Shown here in pieces: positions 1 to 11,076 of a stretch of DNA of 36,350 bases (position 1 is the first letter of the stretch; each line of letters starts with the position of its first letter). The notes beneath the pieces are model-generated. The model was given only the letters and a program-made list of their open reading frames with translations, searched no databases and was not told where the DNA came from. Where the stretch lies: positions 1 through 36,350 of the forward strand of contig JNEM01010443.1 of NCBI GenBank assembly GCA_000697335.1, given 5' to 3'. The position numbers and the translations under genes are program-made. The stretch is from Conidiobolus incongruus B7586 (Eukaryota).

Positions 1-59
1 AATATTATAGGATAATTTAATTAATTTATAAATATACTTAATTCCTATATTATTTATTA

Positions 60-540
60 AATAAAATATTTAAACTCAAAATTAATACAGAAAAAGAAAG
101 GTTATTTGGATATTCTGCCATTATATCTTAATAATAAGTAAACTTCAAGATATATAATCCTATATAATTAAAGAAAAGGAATGATAAATCAATTTACCTA
201 ATTATATTATAAATACTTATATAATAATAATAATTTTTATTCATAAATTATATTTTAAAACAAAATAAAAGATATTAAATTATAAAATATTGAAGACTTG
301 AGCTATAAATTTAGATCATATTATATATATAATATAATATGAATTTTTTCTTATATCTGTTAAATGGATTTACATATAATTGATAAAAAATACAGAATTC
401 TAAATACTCAAGGTAATTTAAAATCAATTTAATATAAATAATATTTAGGTCTATCAGAGAAAATTTTTAAAAATATTAATTATTTAAGTAAAATAATCAA
501 ATAAACTAAGCTCCTTTATGGTTTGAAAATATATTAAAGT
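60..540 (+). mobile_element. Possible highly degenerate non-LTR retrotransposon reverse transcriptase remnant
   Basis: Broken frames contain RT-like motifs in the expected order: LDILPLYLNN (~105-135, cf. LSPLLFN), an LY-NNN stretch (~217-232, possibly YADD after G>A), K*YLGL (~436-453) and TKLLYGLK (~504-527, cf. LLYGxE). There is no open frame, and the boundaries are approximate. Confidence 0.3.
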
Positions 541-1603
541 AAATATAATAAAATAATAAGTATTATTATTTTAGCAATATATAATATATTATAATTATTT
601 AAATTAAAATATTCCTTTATTTTGGTTAGTTCATTTTAAAATATTATTTAATATATAATATATTATATCAATTATCATTAAATTGTAATTTTCAAAAGGT
701 GTCAAGCTTTTTATTTACTAGTAATTATTTAATAGAAAGTTTTTTGATTTCAATACAATAATTCATCCCTTTAATTTAAATTCAATACTTTTGAGATTTA
801 ACCTAGTGAATCCTTTACTAAAATATAAATTGGATTGTTGGATTATATTGATAATAGTTAAGAATTAGATAAACTTCAATTTTAACATTTTTTCATTTAG
901 TCACATTATAAGACCCTTTTGTAAGTTGTATTTTTCATTAATATCATATTTGGTTTGAATTTTTTTTGATCAATTTTAGTCAGAGCTGGATTACTCTTTA
1001 TCATCTCCTTATAATCCATATTCTATTGTAGAGATGCATTGAAATGTTAATATAAATTCACCACTATTTAATTCATAGCGATGATCATTTTTATAGAAGG
1101 ATATAGAATAAACCGAAATTAATTATATCGTATCGAAAATCTTTAATAATTCTAATTGAATTAATTAAAATGGATAGATATAAAACAATTCTGATAAAGC
1201 CAATTTCAAGAAATAATTTTAACCATTATATATAACAAAGTTGCTATATAAAATATATAATAACCTAGTCATTGGAAAATTCTTTCTCTTATACATATCA
1301 TAAAATTTTGTAAAGTGGTTTAATTAACAAAATGATTTTAAGAATTGCTACTTAGTATAAACTTTATAATTTTACAATTATTATTATTTTATATTTCCAA
1401 AATCAATTAACTATAAAATTATTTTTTAGCTTGAGATCGTTTTATAGGTATCATCATAATATTAGGAATTTGTTCATAAATAATATTTCAATTTATCAAT
1501 AAATATATTAAATTTAGTTGACAAAATTTTAAAATATGATAAAGTATAATATAATGGAATTTATTTTATGACTGAAATTTAGAGACAAGATTATGGAGTT
1601 TGG

Positions 1604-3272
1604 TTATTGAGCTCTCTTAGTAATTTTAACATTCAACTTTTCTTCCTTCGCTTTTAATACAAATACATCATATGGGGTCAATATAGTATCTTCAGGAATA
1701 GAGCATTCATAATTTCTGATAAAATTTGCTAATGTAATGTACATTTCCATCCATGCTAAATTCTTGCCAATGCAACCTCTTGGACCAAAGCTGAAAGCTG
1801 CCATCACCTGTTTCAATTTTTCGCTGTCTGGTCCCAACCATCTTCCAGGCAAAAATGCTTCTGCATTCGGCCAGTATTTTTCGCTATGGTGGAATGCGTA
1901 AGCTCCAGTTCCTATTTTAGTCTATAATAAATGTTATAAATATTAAGAATTTTATATATAAAATAATTAAAACTTACTCCTTCTGGAAGATAGTAACCAC
2001 AAATTGTAGCGCCCCCCTCTGGAACTATTCTAGCTAGAACACCACTACCAGGAGATTTTAATCTCAATGTTTCATATAATACTGCATTTAAGTATGGTAA
2101 ATCTTTGCATTGCTCGAATGTAATATGGGCATTCTTATCAGGGAAGTTTGAAACTAACTCATCAACCAACTTATTATAAGTTTCGGGATTCTTCAAAAGC
2201 AAGTAAGTTGCCCAAACGAGAGAGACGGCAGTGGTTTCTAATCCAGCAAATACAAGTAGGGATGCTTCTTCAATGATCTCTTCATCTGTGAATTGTTTAT
2301 TCGTTTCGGCATCTTGAGCATCAATCAAAGTTTGTAATATGTCATCCTTTCTCTTCCCAGCTCTTCTTTCCTTGACACATTCTGTTACAACTTCAGTGAT
2401 CTTTGGATGATGCTTAGCTTCTAAAAACTTTAGGAAAGGAATAGCAAATTTTAAACCCCAAGGATCAGCAACATACTTGGTTAATTCAAAAGCTGAAAAT
2501 TTGGGATCTTTTAAACTATTGTAACTTCTTCCGAGTACCATATCAGAGATCACATCTAAAATCGCCTTGTGGTATAAATCATACATGTCAACTTCTTCAG
2601 CTCCTTGGTCGATCGCTTCATTAATAGTTTCGAGAAGGGAATCGACACAGTAAGATGCAATTGAAGGCTCCAATTTCGTCAGGTTATTCCAATTAAAAGC
2701 AGGTCCAATCATTCTTTTCTAATTCCAAATTAATAAAGCAATCACAATAATATATCACTACTTACTCTAATTGAATGATATTTTCTATCACTAAATATAA
2801 AATATGATTAATTAAATAAGTAAATAGTAATTAAAATAATAATTTTACGTTGTGGAAAATAAATTTTGGACATTCTCGATAAAGAATTCATAACGAGGAT
2901 CTTTTGTAAACTTGTAATTAGCATAAATTTGTTTTGTGGCATCTGGATCAATCACTGAAATAACTCCCAATCCTGACATTTCAGATTAACACAGTTACAG
3001 ATAAATTATATTGGCAAAATTCTACCTGAATGAATGATAGGCCCATACTTTTCATGTAGTTCTTTATACATCCTTCCTTCGTCTCCGGTGAAACGATAAT
3101 GCATATATCTTAAAGTTTGCCACAATTCATTCGAAGGTCCTGGAATATCTTTCAAAGGACCTACGTGGCGTGGGTAGTGGAAGTTTTTGTAATACCACCA
3201 CCCTAACCAACCTGTCCACGCACTTAGTCCCAGGTAGGCTAAATTTGAAGGAGTCAAGATTTCTTCTATCAT
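1604..3272 (-). CDS. Cytochrome P450 monooxygenase, 5 exons, ~484 aa
   Basis: Exons are 3272-3026, 2972-2849, 2790-2766, 2718-1978 and 1921-1604. The GT-AG introns of 53, 58, 47 and 56 bp join the three ORF-track pieces in frame. Motifs: N-terminal TM anchor plus IPGP, I-helix AGLETT, ExxR (ETLR), PGRW and heme motif FSFGPRGCIG. Confidence 0.95.
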
Positions 3273-5910
3273 GATTAACTATTTATTGAGTAAGAGCAGA
3301 TAAAATTTGATTAATGCGACTAACGATATTGTATTAGTGGACTATTTTGAACCTTTTATATTCCCCTTATAACATAAAATCATTATATCCACTTTTGTTG
3401 AATTACAAGCTAAACAAGATTATTAGCATTATATTTCTATATGAAGTACTCAACTGAAATTAAGGTGGTTATTATAAGCTGGATTGAATCATATCAATCA
3501 CCCTCAATTTAATCTCAGATTGATTAGATATATAATTGAAAATAATTATAATAACTTTAAACAAAACTGAAATAATAAATTATTTTTTAATATATATCCT
3601 TTGAATTATTTAAAAATAATAAATTTCAAATAAAAATTATAATTTTTTAATATATTGATTTTCTTTAAATTTTATTGAGATTGTATAATTACTTATAAAA
3701 TTTGAACCTAGATCTAAATCTAGTCAATATTCATTTTCTAAAGTTATAAATATTTTTATTTTGCATTAAATAAAAAATATATTTTCTCATATAACTCAAA
3801 TATCAATTTTCAAATTAAGTGGATGATTTCTTGAAAACATCTGGTATAAACAATTAAAATCTTCCTAATTTATACATAGTATTTCAGAATTTAATTTATC
3901 AATTTCAATTAAATTTTTTAAATTATTTTTTAATTTTAAAATTTGAATTGTTTATTAAAATTTTTTTCATTTAATGGCGATATCGTATATAGTTTGGAAT
4001 ATGCAAATAAGATTTAATGGTAATTTATAATAAATATGATTAGTTAAATATATTGAATTGAAAAAAAGCATTAGATGCTAAAGACTTTGGAATTTGAAGT
4101 GTTTATCATAATATAATTGAAATTTAATATAAAAATTGCTATATTTCTAACATTGGTAATATAAATTGAGATATGAGTCTGAAAATATGATATATGTTGA
4201 TATCAAAAAATAGTATCCATTTCAAAGTTTGTAAATATTGCCATTACTATAGATTTGGGTGATGTTGAAATATATCTAATTGATCAAATAATATCCAAAT
4301 TTTTCCTAATGCATTTAATTTTATATACTCGACCAATCTGGCAGTTTTCATAGAAAGGAATATATATAACAATGATTCAATTATATTTTTCTAGTGGTTA
4401 AATTTGATTATTCTTCATTCATGAATAAATAATGCCTGATACTTCATTAAGTCTTTTACTGACAATGACTTTATCAACTCAAAATACCAATTTAAGGAAA
4501 TATTAATTATCATACCTGAGCTTTAATAAGTCAAGTCATCTACTTTCCTTTAATATCTTTTTTGATAGAAATACTAACCAGTTTATATATTAGTAATTTC
4601 AAATATATATTACCCGATTATATTTTCTTAATAACCTGTTTCAACTATATTTGAAGTTTGGTAAAATTTTGGATCAATTTAATAGTTTCCCAAACCTCAA
4701 AAATATTTGATCTTTTATTATTTGGCATTTTGATAATGATATATGTTATAATGAAAGATTGAATCAATTCATAAATTTTAACTGCACAATTGTAATTAAA
4801 TTTTATTTATGCTTGAACCCGCAAACTCACTGGATCATTTTTTTCTGATGCATTGAATTTATCAAATTCATCCAAAAATGCACCATTTTTGAGATGATTT
4901 CGGACGTTATAGTCGCTATTTATGAAGTAAATAATTTAAGAATTAATTTTTTAATTAAGAAGGATGTTTTATTCTTTTGTTAGCAAAATTTTCTATATCC
5001 AAATCAAAAACTCTCCGAAACAATATTCAATATTAAGTAAAAAAATGGTGAATATATTCTTTTCAAATAATAAAATACTAGATCAAATTATTTCAACTTT
5101 TAAAATATTAAATTTATAGTCAAAATATTTATTAAATATCAAGGAATTTTTAATGAATATTATATGAAAAAGAAATTTTTCAAGATTTAAATTATCAAAA
5201 TAACTAAATAGGTTTGTCTATTTATTCAAATCATATTGAATATTTTAATAAAACTAATTTTTTATCAGTATAGTAATAAGTTTTTGGGCTTCTTGAGCTT
5301 ACTCATATTATCTAGTCAATATTTATTAATTGGTATATTTAATTCCAGATTCAAAACAATTGTAATAGCAATATTTTTTTATTTTATCCATTTTTGGAAA
5401 TATATATTTGGTTATTTTAATTTGATATTAATTTTTAATTTTTTTCTAATTTGAAAATTTAGTTAAATTTGAATATTCATAATTTTAAGTCATATGTGGA
5501 TATAAATTTCAATCAAGCACAAATACTACATATATAATGAATTTTAAATTTAATTAATTTTGTTAAAATTTCAAAAAATAACCAAAGAATTATTAAAATC
5601 CATCGAATTCAAAAGTAATGGAATTGTAAAGTATGGAAAATAACTTTTATATTGAGTTACTTAAATAAATCATTAAATTTAGCTTGATAATCTTTATGAT
5701 TTAGTTGAATTTAATCAAAATTTAAAAAATGAGATCAAGTGGCAATCCCATAATTCAATTTTTCCGAAATCAAGTATAAAAAGAAAATTCAATTATAAAT
5801 TTTTATTATGTTTTTACTAAAGTTCAAGGTTGACAAGTTCACTTGAACTTTTTACTTATATTTTTTATATAATTATTAAGGTAATTATTTATTTTATTTA
5901 TTATCAATAG

Positions 5911-6017
5911 AAGGAATTTATAAGGATGATAAACCCTTAACTTTATTCTGACACCTCTTGTTTGAAAGCCCTTCACACCGGCTTAATGCACGTAACTACT
6001 CTCTGATTAAATTCTTT
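5911..6017 (+). ncRNA. Candidate box C/D snoRNA
   Basis: Box C-like AGGATGA 5923-5929, D' CTGA 5948-5951, C'-like TGTTTGA 5959-5965 and box D CTGA 6003-6006. These are closed by a 10-bp terminal stem AAGGAATTTA (5911-5920) / TAAATTCTTT (6008-6017) with one G-U pair. It is a GC-richer island inside a possible intron (GTAATT 5881 to TTGTAG 6087). Confidence 0.6.
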
Positions 6018-6412
6018 ACAATATATTATTGTTTTAAATTTTATATCAATACTGAATTCTTATATTAATTCATTACTTTATTTGTAGGTATCGGATATAT
6101 TTGTAGAAATTGTATTTTTTTCATAACATGTTAATAAAGAATTTATTTCATAATATTAATTCGACCTGATTTTTTACAAACTATATTTTCTTTATTTTTA
6201 TATTTTTTAAATTTCACGCTATATATATTATATATCATCATTATTCCTTGATTCTATTTCAATCAGTTAAAGTATATTATCATTTCAGCTTATATTTGTT
6301 TTATTTTGTGTTGACCCATAAATTAAATTGTTAAATTGATTGAGATATTAAATTGTGATTACTAACTATTGCTAACTCATATCAATAAGATATAATATAA
6401 TAATCTATATTA

Positions 6413-7381
6413 ATGACGAAATATAAATACGAACCTAGATATTATCCCCCGCCACCGACTACCAATAATATAACCAACAACAAACGCATGGGTTTATTGA
6501 TTCCAGTAGGTATTGCAGTTCTCGGCCTCGGAATCGGGTATTACTACACCAAAAAATGGCAAACCCAAAAAATACAGGTTAAGTCCGATATCAAGCCAGA
6601 ACCCGTCAAAAAACCCGAATTATCCATCTATCAGCAAGCTGTTCAGCCAAAATGGACCAATTTACTCAATGACGAAAATACCACAACTAATGACAATGAC
6701 CTCAGTTCCAAATTCGACCAAATCGCTTCTAAATACGACAGCGAAATAGGTATGGACGAAACCGTGATGGGATTGAATCTACTACGTCGCTATCTAATCA
6801 AAACCCACGCCCACGGGAAAGTCTTAGAATTCTCGTTGGGTACCGGCCGCAATATGAAGTATTATAATCCCTCAACTTTCAGTATATTAGGGGGAAGTCA
6901 AGAAATTGAGAGTTTTACAGGGATTGAAAAGAGTGCACAAATGTTAGATGCTGCCATTGCAACTCAGGGCACTAAGAATCTATTCCGACATTTCATTCTC
7001 AATAACAAACCCATTGAACTGTTGAGGATGGACGCCCATGATACTTCCGTGTTACCGAGTGGTCACTACGATACCATCGTGGATACTTTCGGCCTTTGCA
7101 GTTATTCAGATCCTATCAAAGTCTTGAGTGAGATGCAACGCGTATGCAAACCAGACGGCAAAATTCTCCTTCTACAGCATGGAAGAGGCACTTTCGGTTG
7201 GCTGAACGGCCACCTCGACAAGTATGCGGATCACCATGCTCACAAGTGGGGATGTTGGTGGAATCGGGATATTCTTCAAATTGTTAAAGATGCAGGTCTC
7301 GAGGTAGAATATGTCAGTAGATGGCACTTTGGAACTACTTATTATATTATTGCCAGACCTAAAAAATCTATTAAAGAATAG
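6413..7381 (+). CDS. OMS1: OMS1-like mitochondrial SAM-dependent methyltransferase
   Basis: 322-aa ORF with a single N-terminal TM helix, SAM motif I VLEFSLGTGRN, DTIVDTFGLCS, RVCKPDGKILLLQHG and the OMS1-family tail WGCWWNRDI...RWHFGTTY. Confidence 0.85.
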   Translation: MTKYKYEPRYYPPPPTTNNITNNKRMGLLIPVGIAVLGLGIGYYYTKKWQTQKIQVKSDIKPEPVKKPELSIYQQAVQPKWTNLLNDENTTTNDNDLSSKFDQIASKYDSEIGMDETVMGLNLLRRYLIKTHAHGKVLEFSLGTGRNMKYYNPSTFSILGGSQEIESFTGIEKSAQMLDAAIATQGTKNLFRHFILNNKPIELLRMDAHDTSVLPSGHYDTIVDTFGLCSYSDPIKVLSEMQRVCKPDGKILLLQHGRGTFGWLNGHLDKYADHHAHKWGCWWNRDILQIVKDAGLEVEYVSRWHFGTTYYIIARPKKSIKE

Positions 7382-7959
7382 ATTTCACTTAAATTATTTA
7401 TTAAAAAGAAATATTTCCTAAAATTAAATCTTTATCTCACTATATTAATCATCTTTTAAAATATTATTTTATACTTATTTTAAATTGAACACATTATTTG
7501 AATATGATAACTTTAACCCTAAATTTTAACAACATTGCAATTAATAATTATTTAATACTATTGAAAATATTACCTTTTATAAGTAATTTTTTCAAATACT
7601 CAATCTAATTTAAAATTGAATATATGAAAAATAATGGTTGAATACTATACAAAAATATACAATATATTTCCTTTTATTCATATTTTTCATGTAATATAAT
7701 TTAAAAATAATTAACTAAAATTAAATTTTAATCTATTTAATTATTGATTTAAATTCATATGACTTAATTAAAAAAGTTTTTTTTTCAAATTTGATAAACT
7801 TTTAAAATGAATATAAATTTTTTAAAAACTTTATTAAATGGTAATAAATTTCTCAATATACTACAATCTAATAATAATAATAATAATAATCAAAGATTAA
7901 CTTATTAAACTCCTTAATTGACTTGTGGTAAATGCGAATTTTTATAAATATTTTTGAAA

Positions 7960-7981
7960 TATATATATATATATATATATA
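7960..7981. repeat. (AT)n microsatellite
   Basis: Run of alternating AT. (AAT)n runs also occur at ~7869-7890, 26366-26395 and 26945-26968, and (TA)n at ~32067-32090. Confidence 0.9.
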
Positions 7982-8131
7982 ATCAAAATAATTTAAAATA
8001 TAAAATTTAAAAATTTTTTTAATAATTTATTAAATTATTTTATCATTAATGATATCATATATCTTAATTTTAATCTTTTTATAATTATATTCTTAAAAAT
8101 TTAAATTAAAATTTTAATTTCTATAAATATT

Positions 8132-8486
8132 TGATAACGATCTGACTACTTTTAACAAGTCTCGGGAAAGCCATGTCCAGATTCATCTAGATAAAAGAGA
8201 GAGATCTGTGGAATTCTGAGTAAGCGTTAGGGAGATAGATGTTTATTAATTTATATCAAATAGCAGGGAGGACCCAGATCGAGCTCGTCTTTTTGAGAAT
8301 TGCTCTAATTCCAGGTTTTATATAAAGTGAATTGGGTAAGGAGATTCATGAGATTTTCTGGCGACTTGCATTATCAGCCAATTAAAAAGATAGAGTCGAA
8401 GCAGCTTATATGCGAAAGGGCAATGATGTTAGAATTAGGTTGATGTAAGAATAATTAGGTAGAAGGGGGTCATTTGACGCGTGACA
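8132..8486 (-). mobile_element. Solo LTR, copy 1 of 3
   Basis: 355-bp GC-richer block with TG...CA termini and near-TSD ATATT/TTATT. On the minus strand a TATATAAA is followed by AATAAA. It aligns along its length with 30510-30863 and, inverted, with 26574-26920. Confidence 0.7.
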
Positions 8487-8548
8487 TTATTAATAAATAT
8501 ATAAATACTTTGAAATTCTTAATTTTAAAAATATAATTTAATAAAAAA

Positions 8549-9556
8549 ATGAATCAATTCTCAACAATCCTCATAACTTTAGTCATCGGGTATAACAGCA
8601 ATCTTACCACCACTGTAATTCCAACATTTCAAGCTACACCCTATATCACCATCGAAACCTCCAAATTCAATCCAACTATGGAGGGCGCAAGTGTGAACCA
8701 TATGGGCGAAATTTTCGCTACGAGTTATGGCGACGACAAAAAGTTACATCGCATCGGCAAAGTGTATCCTCAAGTTGGCGAATTCTTTTCTGATGCTGAG
8801 CCAACATTTCTCAACGGTGTCAGATTTGTTAACAAGAAGACTGCTTTGACAGTGGATGTAGTTGGTCACAGAGTTCTCAAACTGAATTTGGATTTCAAAG
8901 GGAATGTTGTTTCGAAATCCGTTTTATGCCAAAATAACAATATGTTACAACCCAATGACATTGCAGTCACGAATGGAGGTGTGGCCTACTTAAGCGGTAT
9001 GAAATTCGTCGAAAACGGCGTAGGTCAAGAAGGCGATGTTTGGGTATGCAAACCCAACGGCGCAGCACAAAAACTCTTAACTCTAGGTAGAACTAATGGT
9101 ATTGAAGTGGCAGTCAGTGGTGACTATCTCTACGTTTCCGAAAGTATTGACAAGAACTCGACTCCCTATTCACAAAAGATTTGGAAGTATAAAATCAATG
9201 ACGATTTTACAATTTCTAACAAGCAATTGTTTGCCAACTTTGCACAACTCGATGGTACTGGTAATATCGATATTGACGGTATGAGGTTCGACATTGCCGG
9301 TAATTTATTTGTTACTCGAGCTGGTGGTAAGAAGGTGACTGTATTGGATCCCAACGGCAAAATCAAAGCATATATTAACCTCTCATTCTCGGCTCCTACC
9401 AATTTGGAATTTGGCGGTAAGGACGGTAAGATCCTGTTCATTGTTGGTAGATGTGGTATTGATACACCTTGGGGTACTGGTAAAGGCTGCGTCGATACTT
9501 TCCAAGTTGAGAATGCAGGAAGAGCTTACCATCATTTATCTAATAGCGATGTCTGA
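8549..9556 (+). CDS. Secreted SMP-30/gluconolactonase/LRE-family six-bladed beta-propeller (lactonase-like)
   Basis: Intronless 335-aa ORF with a hydrophobic N-terminal leader. The family metal-ligand motifs MEGASV, QPNDIAV, RTNGIEV and IDGMRFD are present, plus PTNLEFGGKDGKILFI. Confidence 0.85.
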   Translation: MNQFSTILITLVIGYNSNLTTTVIPTFQATPYITIETSKFNPTMEGASVNHMGEIFATSYGDDKKLHRIGKVYPQVGEFFSDAEPTFLNGVRFVNKKTALTVDVVGHRVLKLNLDFKGNVVSKSVLCQNNNMLQPNDIAVTNGGVAYLSGMKFVENGVGQEGDVWVCKPNGAAQKLLTLGRTNGIEVAVSGDYLYVSESIDKNSTPYSQKIWKYKINDDFTISNKQLFANFAQLDGTGNIDIDGMRFDIAGNLFVTRAGGKKVTVLDPNGKIKAYINLSFSAPTNLEFGGKDGKILFIVGRCGIDTPWGTGKGCVDTFQVENAGRAYHHLSNSDV

Positions 9557-10044
9557 TTGACTTTGAATAAATTATATATTTTTTAAAAGTTTCATATCAT
9601 TATAATAAAAATAAAATTGACTTTAAATTATCATAACTAATATATTTTTACTAAATATAAAGTGTAAAAGCTGCTATTTAATTATAATTATTTAATGAAT
9701 TGTAATTTATTAAATTTAATAATCCATACCAACCCAAAATCTTTAAATTATGATTGCCAATCTTCAACATTGTACGCTAATCCAAAAAATTTTAATTTAT
9801 GATCATTCCAAATTCTTAAATATACTCAATCCTTCACTCCAAATTCACAATCTCAAGAATTTTACCCCCCCCCCCCAATACATCGAACACTTTATTTCAT
9901 TATTTCCAAAAAATAAAATCAAACATGCAGTCTACTGCAAAACTTATAATATCAAATTCATATTTTCACATAGTTTTTTATCAAATGAAAGAGTCATTAA
10001 ATTGAATTTATTCTAAATATATAATCTTAGTTATTGAAAAGGAA

Positions 10045-10290
10045 ATTTTAATCCCTTGTCCCAAAAACTAGTGATATTCTAGAAAATTCACTTCATAAGC
10101 CATAATTTGGTGAGTTTGAAATTTTTAAACCATCTAACTTTCTTAAATAAACATTCTCCTCTATTTCTATTAAAAAAATAATATTAACAACATTTTTAGA
10201 TTGCAACTTTTTTTTAATTAACATGGATATAGATAATAATTTATTCTTAGTATTTTTGCATATAAAGTTTGTCATAATGATTTTGATATA
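10045..10290 (-). mobile_element. Degenerate fragment, probable LINE AP-endonuclease N-terminus; repeated at ~13371-13499
   Basis: About 130 bp (10045-10172) recur as a direct repeat at 13371-13499 (core ACTAGTGATATTCTAGAAA), differing largely by transitions. The minus-strand translation NVVNIIFLIEI resembles the DIIxLQET motif. Confidence 0.4.
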
Positions 10291-11076
10291 ACTTTAACAA
10301 TATTTCCAGACATCCCTTTATATAAATACATTAAAGGTGATACTTTTATCAATGCTACTGATGAAGAAATCATAAAATATGCTAGTGAGTATTATTTAAG
10401 TGATAATGGATTTTGTATAATAATAGATAAGAAATCTTTTGAAAATAATAAAATAAAGGTTATTTACCATTACTATAAAATTCATGATTTTCTTGTTGTT
10501 TATAGAATAAACTTATGTGATTTAGAAGAATTATTGACTGAAAAGATGATACAGATTTTGATATTGATGGTTTTATTTATATTTTGAAAACTAATGATTA
10601 TAATAAAGATAAATTAGAATATGATTTAAATACAAAAATAAAGAATATGTTTTAATAAAAAAATCTACCATAAACCAATAGTTTATTTAAAAAAAAGGAA
10701 AATTATAGCCTAGAAACCTAGCTTTAATCCAACAGATTCAATCTGTATTTATGGTTATTAATATTTATTAAATAAGATTAACTTATAAATATTACCCATT
10801 GAACAGAGTATAACTTGTCCCCCAGAAAATAAAGTTTTTGAGTTATTGTTATAATATTTAAGACAAATAAAGGTAAAACAAAGGTATTGATGGGGAATAA
10901 TCTTGTCTATCATTTAAGTAACTCTGATTATCATAATGATACATGGAGTTATATTAGAGGTATTTTATTTCATAAACTAGTTGAATTCATCATTTTTTGC
11001 TTATAAAAAGCATTTATATCCACAAAAACTCATAATTGAAACTAATATAAGATTATCACAAGCAAACTAATATATA

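Noticed and set aside
4100..5000. Coding-like decayed stretch (e.g. NSFPNLKNI), possibly an F-box/LRR pseudogene; similar stretches at ~16450-16900, 29450-30070 and 31250-31900
   Set aside because: No continuous frame or diagnostic motif; needs a translated homology search.
5236..5454. Short AT-rich ORFs (also 9750-10016, 16915-17103, 17627-17818, 22948-23157, 29886-30074, 30410-30607)
   Set aside because: I/L/F/N/K-rich with no motifs, as expected by chance in very AT-rich DNA.
5819..5850. Inverted repeat AAGTTCAAG...CTTGAACTT
   Set aside because: A single 9-bp hairpin with no supporting context.
1604..9556. P450 + methyltransferase + lactonase as a secondary-metabolite cluster
   Set aside because: There is no backbone synthase in the window, and the methyltransferase is a housekeeping OMS1 homolog.
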